Shown: positions 36,003-40,530 of the stretch, piece after piece
Layout: each line of letters begins with the position of its first letter
How positions within the stretch are numbered: the stretch's first letter is position 1
Virus record (IMG/VR): IMGVR_UViG_3300044959_000025
Location: 1-40,530 of that record
Length of the DNA: 40,530 nt
Origin: a virus
Strand: one strand, 5' to 3'
Translations under genes and position numbers: made by a program
The notes under the pieces: model-generated
What the model saw: the letters and a program-made list of their open reading frames with translations, nothing else
The model's database searches: none
What the model was told of the DNA's origin: nothing

Positions 36003-37222
36003 GCTGCTACCGCCCATCCAGGATACATTACAGCCGTGCCCTGCGGATACAGACGCACTCGGCGAACATGCCATTTGCCTGCACGTGGTGTGATGATGTA
36101 TGTCCCTTCTGTCACTACTTCATCAGGACGCCATTCTCCCCCTTCAGTGTCCTGCACCAGCACATCATACATGCCGTTGGCAGCAGAAAGAGCAACAACG
36201 TCAGCAACGCGTGTGCTGAGTGCTACTGTTCCGCTTGGCGGCAGGGGAGGCGAAAGAGTTTCACTGCCAAGTTGGCCATGCGGGAGGCCTAGGCGGAACG
36301 CGAAGTTAATTGACGTCTCTGATTGCACTGAGAACCTGATTGACGCTGTCATCTTTGCAGCATTTGTGTCGGTTATAGTATGTACGAAAGACTTCTTGTT
36401 CTCTTTCAGACGGCTCGCACTAAAGCTGTCAACTGAAAAACTCCTAGAGTAGAGCCATCCGTTGCTTGCATCATACTCATCAAAAACAATACTAACACTT
36501 GAAATGCCATTCATTGACCCGGACAAGCTGCGCAGATACAGGGAATACGCATGAGTCTCTTCAACAGAAACAGACCAAAAGTGGCTAGAAACGACGTTTT
36601 GATAAAAACGAATTGCAGTAGAGTTTGCAGCGGTTCCCTGAAGTCGCAGGTCAATATAAGGAATACCGTCTTCTGAGCCGAATCCTTCTACAAATATACC
36701 ATTCAATCCCGCTTGGTTCCAGAGATTCCAATTAGTTGGCAAAGCTCCTCCAGACTCAATCTGGCCAACCGTCCCACCAATCAGCCTTGGATTTGGGATC
36801 CTGTTTTGAGTTGTCGGCTCAATAAGCAGTCCAAGCGAAGAGAGCGTAATCGGGTTGTGGTCGAACCTTGGCATGTCTGTGTCTGCTTCAATCAAAGTGC
36901 CGGTGCTGTCGAAGTACACACCCTTGCTTGCACGAGAGAACGTGACACTTGCCGGGAGCGCGTTGTTGCGGAAGTCAGCTTGGAACAGGGCGTATGGACC
37001 AATCGTGGGACCTCCCATGCTGACAGACGACAAATCAGCCCAATTCCTATTGGTGATGCCAAGCGCAACAAATCGTGCACCAGTTGTTTCGGACAGAACA
37101 ATTTCACCACGATAGAGCGGTGTCAGTTCACCAATCGGCGAACCATGCACTGTTCTGTTGACAGATGAATAGTTTGGGTCAGCAGGAATATGCGGCCGTG
37201 CAAGGTCCTTTACAATTGCCAT
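35999..37222 (-). CDS. Tail fibre / receptor-binding protein with lectin-like domain (407 aa)
   Basis: ASVTFSRASKGVYFDSTGTLIEADTDMPRFDHNPIT..GLLIEPTTQN is a motif I recognise from phage host-specificity proteins. AGAGGTG RBS before the ATG at 37222. Confidence 0.6.
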   Translation of the reverse strand: MAIVKDLARPHIPADPNYSSVNRTVHGSPIGELTPLYRGEIVLSETTGARFVALGITNRNWADLSSVSMGGPTIGPYALFQADFRNNALPASVTFSRASKGVYFDSTGTLIEADTDMPRFDHNPITLSSLGLLIEPTTQNRIPNPRLIGGTVGQIESGGALPTNWNLWNQAGLNGIFVEGFGSEDGIPYIDLRLQGTAANSTAIRFYQNVVSSHFWSVSVEETHAYSLYLRSLSGSMNGISSVSIVFDEYDASNGWLYSRSFSVDSFSASRLKENKKSFVHTITDTNAAKMTASIRFSVQSETSINFAFRLGLPHGQLGSETLSPPLPPSGTVALSTRVADVVALSAANGMYDVLVQDTEGGEWRPDEVVTEGTYIITPRAGKWHVRRVRLYPQGTAVMYPGWAVAA

Positions 37223-37223
37223 G

Positions 37224-37802
37224 TCACACCTCTGCGTCAATCAGTTTTTGCAGTTCAGGGATGTGTCTCTTGTCCTCAATGACAATGCGGAAGGTGGACT
37301 CCATCTGCTGACGCACATCAATTTTGTCAGACGGCTTGTGTCCACGACGGTCCAGCACATCTCGTGCAGCAGTCAGTGCAATCTTTTCGTCCACACTGTC
37401 CACCAGCTCAGTGAGACGTGTGGCAGCCTTCTTCTCCTTGCTTGCCAGTATCTGCTGCACCTCGTTCTCAGCAACACGGCGTGCCGCTTCAATGACTGAA
37501 TGCTCCATTGACTGATACGCCGGAGTGCGTTTGATTTGTGCAACTTGTTCTGCACTAATGCCAAGCGCCACACCAATCTCTGCATCAGAGATGCCACTCG
37601 CCGTGTACGCAATGATGGCTCCATATACAGTCAACTGTTGCGGTGTGCCCGGTAGGTCAATCAGTTTGCGACGTGTGCTAGCAACTAGACGTTGCGCCTC
37701 ACGCATTGAGGGCACACTGATACGTTCAAATGAAGCAGCCGGGGATGGCTGCACAATGTTGCCATCCACTATCAATGGTGTACCAGGAAGTGGAAGAGTC
37801 AC
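37224..37802 (-). CDS. Putative terminase small subunit / HTH DNA-binding protein (192 aa)
   Basis: HTH-like SDAEIGVALGISAEQVAQIKR and a TerS-like ARDVLDRRGHKP. It is separated from terL by about 4 kb. Confidence 0.4.
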   Translation of the reverse strand: MTLPLPGTPLIVDGNIVQPSPAASFERISVPSMREAQRLVASTRRKLIDLPGTPQQLTVYGAIIAYTASGISDAEIGVALGISAEQVAQIKRTPAYQSMEHSVIEAARRVAENEVQQILASKEKKAATRLTELVDSVDEKIALTAARDVLDRRGHKPSDKIDVRQQMESTFRIVIEDKRHIPELQKLIDAEV

Positions 37803-37805
37803 CTG

Positions 37806-38657
37806 TTACTCCTCAACGGGACGTACAGCCCGTGTACTAGGATTGCCTCTAGCACGTTGTCTACGCTGCTCAGCAGCAATGCGACGTGCTTCACGTGCTT
37901 CAATGCGTGCTCGTGCAGTGTTCTCACGCACTTCTTGACGATGTTGACGTGCTGTCTCGCTGACTTGTCGTCGAGGGGTAAGAGTTTGTGCAGTAGGCTG
38001 TGCAGTTGGCTGTGCAGAAGACGTAGGTTGTGCAGCAGTTTGTGCAGTAGGAGCAGGCAACGCAACTTGGGCACCACCGCTGCCACTACCGCTTGGTCCA
38101 TTGATGCGTGGCACTGGTGCACCTGCAGCAGGAGGTGGCAACCTGTCATCTCCACCACGCATCATTTGCTGCAATGCACGCCGTTGCAATGTTACACCAA
38201 GGCGTGGAGCCATCAGTGCAAGTGGGACAGGCAATGGCAGTATTGGAAGAGATGATGGATCAGCCAACTCTGGTGTGGCTGCCATCAATGCTTGACCTGC
38301 AGTACGGCGAGGAGGAGGAGGAGGTAGTTCAGCGGACTGCGGTGTGTCCGCAAACTGTGGCATCTCCGCATCATCATACTCACTTCTTGGTGCTGCTACA
38401 GGTTGAGCAGCATCCTCTTGTGGAGTTGCTGGCGGAGGCATGGGCAGTGAGCGTGCACTTCTGCCACGACGTGCAGTACGTTCAGCAAGCCGATCAACAG
38501 CGTTGTCCATGCTGAACTCTGTGCTCTGCTCACCACGGATAAGTGCGAGCATTGCACGGTTCAAGTTCTCTGCTGTCATCGGTGCACCTTGGCTGCGCAT
38601 CATTTGTGCAGCCAAGGCAGCAATCTGCTGTGGAGTTTGTTGCATTACGTCACTCAC
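37806..38657 (-). CDS. Hypothetical Pro/Ala/Gln-rich protein with a basic C-terminus (283 aa)
   Basis: Low-complexity AQPT repeats encoded by an imperfect DNA repeat of about 11-12 nt (about 37984-38050). Second gene of the late operon. Confidence 0.6.
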   Translation of the reverse strand: MSDVMQQTPQQIAALAAQMMRSQGAPMTAENLNRAMLALIRGEQSTEFSMDNAVDRLAERTARRGRSARSLPMPPPATPQEDAAQPVAAPRSEYDDAEMPQFADTPQSAELPPPPPRRTAGQALMAATPELADPSSLPILPLPVPLALMAPRLGVTLQRRALQQMMRGGDDRLPPPAAGAPVPRINGPSGSGSGGAQVALPAPTAQTAAQPTSSAQPTAQPTAQTLTPRRQVSETARQHRQEVRENTARARIEAREARRIAAEQRRQRARGNPSTRAVRPVEE

Positions 38658-39061
38658 AGTGGTGCTCTCCTACGGTTGACATCACCACCGAGGTTGACTG
38701 GATAAGTAACCGGTGCAGCATTGAACAGTTGGTCGTAGATGCGTGCGTTGATAACAGCCTGATCAGCTGCTGTGGTGTTTGCGTTGTAGTCAACACGAGT
38801 CTCTACAACACGCAGACCACCATTCTGCTGCGTCAGTGGAGCACCTGCTTGTACACGTGCATACTGTGCAGTTGCAGTGGCACCAGGGGCAGCACCATTG
38901 AGTGCACGCATTATTGCACGCATAGTGCGATTGCCCTTGGCGGCAAGTCGTAGAGACAGCATACGCTCTGTGCTGCTACGTGCAAAGCGTGGTTGGTACG
39001 CATTGGGAGTGTTGCCCCAGAAGTTGGACCAACCAGTGACAGTTGGGATGGTGAAGGACAT
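38654..39061 (-). CDS. Hypothetical protein, first gene of the late operon (135 aa)
   Basis: GGAG-cacaac-ATG on the minus strand (39062-39074). ATGA-coupled to the next gene. Confidence 0.7.
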   Translation of the reverse strand: MSFTIPTVTGWSNFWGNTPNAYQPRFARSSTERMLSLRLAAKGNRTMRAIMRALNGAAPGATATAQYARVQAGAPLTQQNGGLRVVETRVDYNANTTAADQAVINARIYDQLFNAAPVTYPVNLGGDVNRRRAPL

Positions 39062-39088
39062 GTTGTGCTCCTATACTGCAGCAGTGAG

Positions 39089-39145
<57 letters not shown>

Positions 39146-39160
39146 GTACTGTGAGGAGTG

Positions 39161-39204
39161 TTGTGTTGTGTTGTGTTGTGTTGTGTTGTGTTGTGTTGTG
39201 TTGT
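39161..39204. repeat. (TTGTG)8 pentanucleotide microsatellite plus a partial unit (= (CACAA)n in the leftward transcript)
   Basis: Counted directly. Confidence 0.95.
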
Positions 39205-39234
39205 TATATTATATACTACACACAACACACTAAA

Positions 39235-39245
39235 CCCCCCCCCCC
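39235..39245. repeat. C11 homopolymer (G11 in the leftward transcript)
   Basis: Counted directly. It lies about 15-25 nt downstream of the predicted leftward transcription start. Confidence 0.95.
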
Positions 39246-39267
39246 TTGTGTGTGTTGTGTTATTATT

Positions 39268-39296
39268 TACATACCCCGTTCACGACCCCTTGTCAA
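39268..39296 (-). promoter_or_regulatory. Candidate leftward (late-operon) promoter PL: TTGACA-N17-TATGTA on the minus strand
   Basis: The reverse complement of 39291-39296 is TTGACA. A 17-nt spacer follows. The reverse complement of 39268-39273 is TATGTA. Same TATGTN -10 style as P1 and P6. Confidence 0.45.
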
Positions 39297-39307
39297 GGGG
39301 GTATAAT
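39279..39307 (+). promoter_or_regulatory. Candidate rightward promoter P5: TTCACG-N17-TATAAT
   Basis: Perfect TATAAT at 39302-39307. The -35 is TTCACG at 39279-39284. It physically overlaps PL. The spacer contains the palindrome cccctt-gtc-aagggg. Confidence 0.4.
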
Positions 39308-39313
39308 TGCTAA

Positions 39314-39334
39314 GGGCGGCCCGAAGGGACGCCC
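39314..39334 (+). other. GC-rich hairpin at the predicted 5' end of the P5 transcript
   Basis: gggcg-g-ccc-gaa-ggg-a-cgccc. It starts about 7 nt after the -10. Confidence 0.5.
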
Positions 39335-39367
39335 CCCAGCAGATTCCCTCTACTCCCGCAAATAACT

Positions 39368-39522
<155 letters not shown>

Positions 39523-39854
39523 GGCGAGGCGTGACACGTTGCGGTGGGCATGTGTGTGTGAGTGGTGGTGTGGGGATGAAAGAGTGGACGAGAGGATGAA
39601 AGAGGGGGGTGGTTGATATGCGCCGCGGCTGGCACGCCTCACAAAACACCCCCCTTTTGGGATTCAGGTCAAGGGGGGGGATATGTTCCTAGCCTAGGAC
39701 TATATTCCTATGTGCGGTTGGCTGCATGGTGAGTGTGGGAGTCGAGGGCGTTGGGCGTATTGTGCGGTGCAACATGATTTTGTGAATGGTGGGGTTGGGC
39801 GCGTTTGCTGTCGTAGAGCATCCATCTACCATCGCGCATGGCAAGCGCTTGCTA

Positions 39855-39869
39855 TGCACAACATGTGCA
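39855..39869. promoter_or_regulatory. Palindrome copy 4: TGCACA-ACA-TGTGCA
   Basis: Same GCACAACATGTGC core as at 1421-1437. It lies about 16 nt upstream of the -35 of P6. Confidence 0.55.
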
Positions 39870-39884
39870 GCGCTGACGTGACGC

Positions 39885-39913
39885 TTGACGTTATGCGCGT
39901 GCCATGCTATGTG
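39885..39913 (+). promoter_or_regulatory. Promoter P6 (TTGACG-N17-TATGTG), paralog of P1
   Basis: 11 of 17 spacer positions are identical to P1 by my alignment, and P6 shares with P1 the 11-mer ccatgctatgt that spans the spacer end and the -10. About 45 nt upstream of the 39960 gene. Confidence 0.5.
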
Positions 39914-39959
39914 TTGCGTAGCCTGGCAATGATGCTAGGTGAGTGAAAGGGGAAAGGGA

Positions 39960-40364
39960 ATGAACGCAAAGCGTCAGTGGAAGGCGCTTTATGGCGCTTT
40001 CCGTGATGCCCTCAAGGGTGAGCCGCCCGAGGGTTACGGCTACGTCCATCCGGACGTGGCCGCAGTCAAGGCCGTCTATGAGACGGTCGAAGCCGACCGC
40101 GTGTGCGCAGGGTTCGCCCTGCGCCATGCCACGCGTTTGGCAGTGGCCTACCACAATTCATACCCAGGGGGCTGCGCTCCCGGGGCCGAGCATACCATGC
40201 CCCGCTATTGGCGAGGTGAAGTAGGCCGTCGGCTAGGGGTCAAAATCCCCGCCGGGGGCTACGGCCCCACCTATCTCACTCGGGCTGGGTTGCTCGCGCT
40301 CGAGCGCGAGTTTGCTGCATCCGTTGGCTTTAACGCTGCTACAGTCTTGGGCAACAACACCTGA
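39960..40364 (+). CDS. Hypothetical early protein (134 aa), GC-rich
   Basis: The ATG at 39960 follows gaaaggggaaaggga (an alternative GTG is at 39939). A terminator follows. No motif recognised. Confidence 0.7.
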   Translation: MNAKRQWKALYGAFRDALKGEPPEGYGYVHPDVAAVKAVYETVEADRVCAGFALRHATRLAVAYHNSYPGGCAPGAEHTMPRYWRGEVGRRLGVKIPAGGYGPTYLTRAGLLALEREFAASVGFNAATVLGNNT

Positions 40365-40384
40365 ACATCGCCATTTTCAATACT

Positions 40385-40412
40385 GCCGCCCCATGCGGGC
40401 GGCTTTTTTTTT
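40385..40412 (+). terminator. Rho-independent terminator
   Basis: Stem gccgccc (40385-40391) pairs with gggcggc (40397-40403); 5-nt loop; T9 run at 40404-40412. Confidence 0.85.
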
Positions 40413-40530
40413 GTCCATCGCGTTTGACACTAAACGCGCACCATGCTATGTTCACCATGCGTTGTTTGACAAGTGAATCGGACCGAACGTATTGGGCCGC
40501 GCGCGCGGTCCGATGCGACACTCGCGCATG
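40404..40530. repeat. Terminal overlap, right copy (identical to 1-127)
   Basis: Direct comparison with the left end. Confidence 0.95.

Noticed and set aside
22843-37222. A diversity-generating retroelement acting on the tail-fibre genes
   Set aside because: There is no reverse transcriptase gene anywhere in the genome, and I found no template/variable repeat pair.
39710-39946. A 78-aa ORF upstream of the 39960 gene
   Set aside because: It is Cys/Gly/Trp/Arg-rich, lacks an RBS, and spans palindrome copy 4 and promoter P6. It is more likely leader or regulatory DNA.

Overview
The window is a complete, circularly closed podovirus-like lytic phage genome. Its unique length is 40,403 bp, because bases 1-127 are identical to 40404-40530. 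There are two convergent transcription blocks. (1) A plus-strand early and replication block runs from 39960 across the junction to 15547. It holds many small orphan genes, a Cas4-like PD-(D/E)XK exonuclease, a Sak4-like ATPase, a DUF669-like protein, an RHH regulator, a RecD/Dda-like helicase, a T4 gp1-like dNMP kinase, a family-A DNA polymerase with an N-terminal UDG-family-4-like domain, and a 412-aa P-loop-like protein. (2) A minus-strand late block runs from 39061 down to 15516. In transcription order it holds two unknown genes, a TerS-like gene, two tail-fibre genes, a lysis cassette (i-spanin-like, holin, lipoprotein, T7-lysozyme-like amidase), TerL and portal. A T7-like order follows: scaffold, capsid, adaptor, nozzle, internal virion proteins and a 1395-aa gp16-like protein. 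I found no RNA polymerase, sigma factor, integrase, repressor or tRNA. The most unusual part is the roughly 880-bp gene-free divergent region at 39062-39938. It contains (GT)27, (TTGTG)8, C11 and a 155-nt A/C-only tract with (CAA)12. These are placed so that both divergent transcripts would begin with CA-rich leaders, on either side of two overlapping back-to-back sigma70-like promoters. Other notable signals are a four-copy GCACAAC(A/T)TGTGC palindrome/hairpin family at early promoters, a duplicated two-hairpin intergenic element, and CAGG tetranucleotide repeats, one inside a mini-ORF where loss of one unit would couple it to the next gene. Trinucleotide and hexanucleotide repeats also encode low-complexity tracts in virion proteins. 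All functional calls rest on motifs I recognise by eye, on synteny and on RBS context. No database search was possible.
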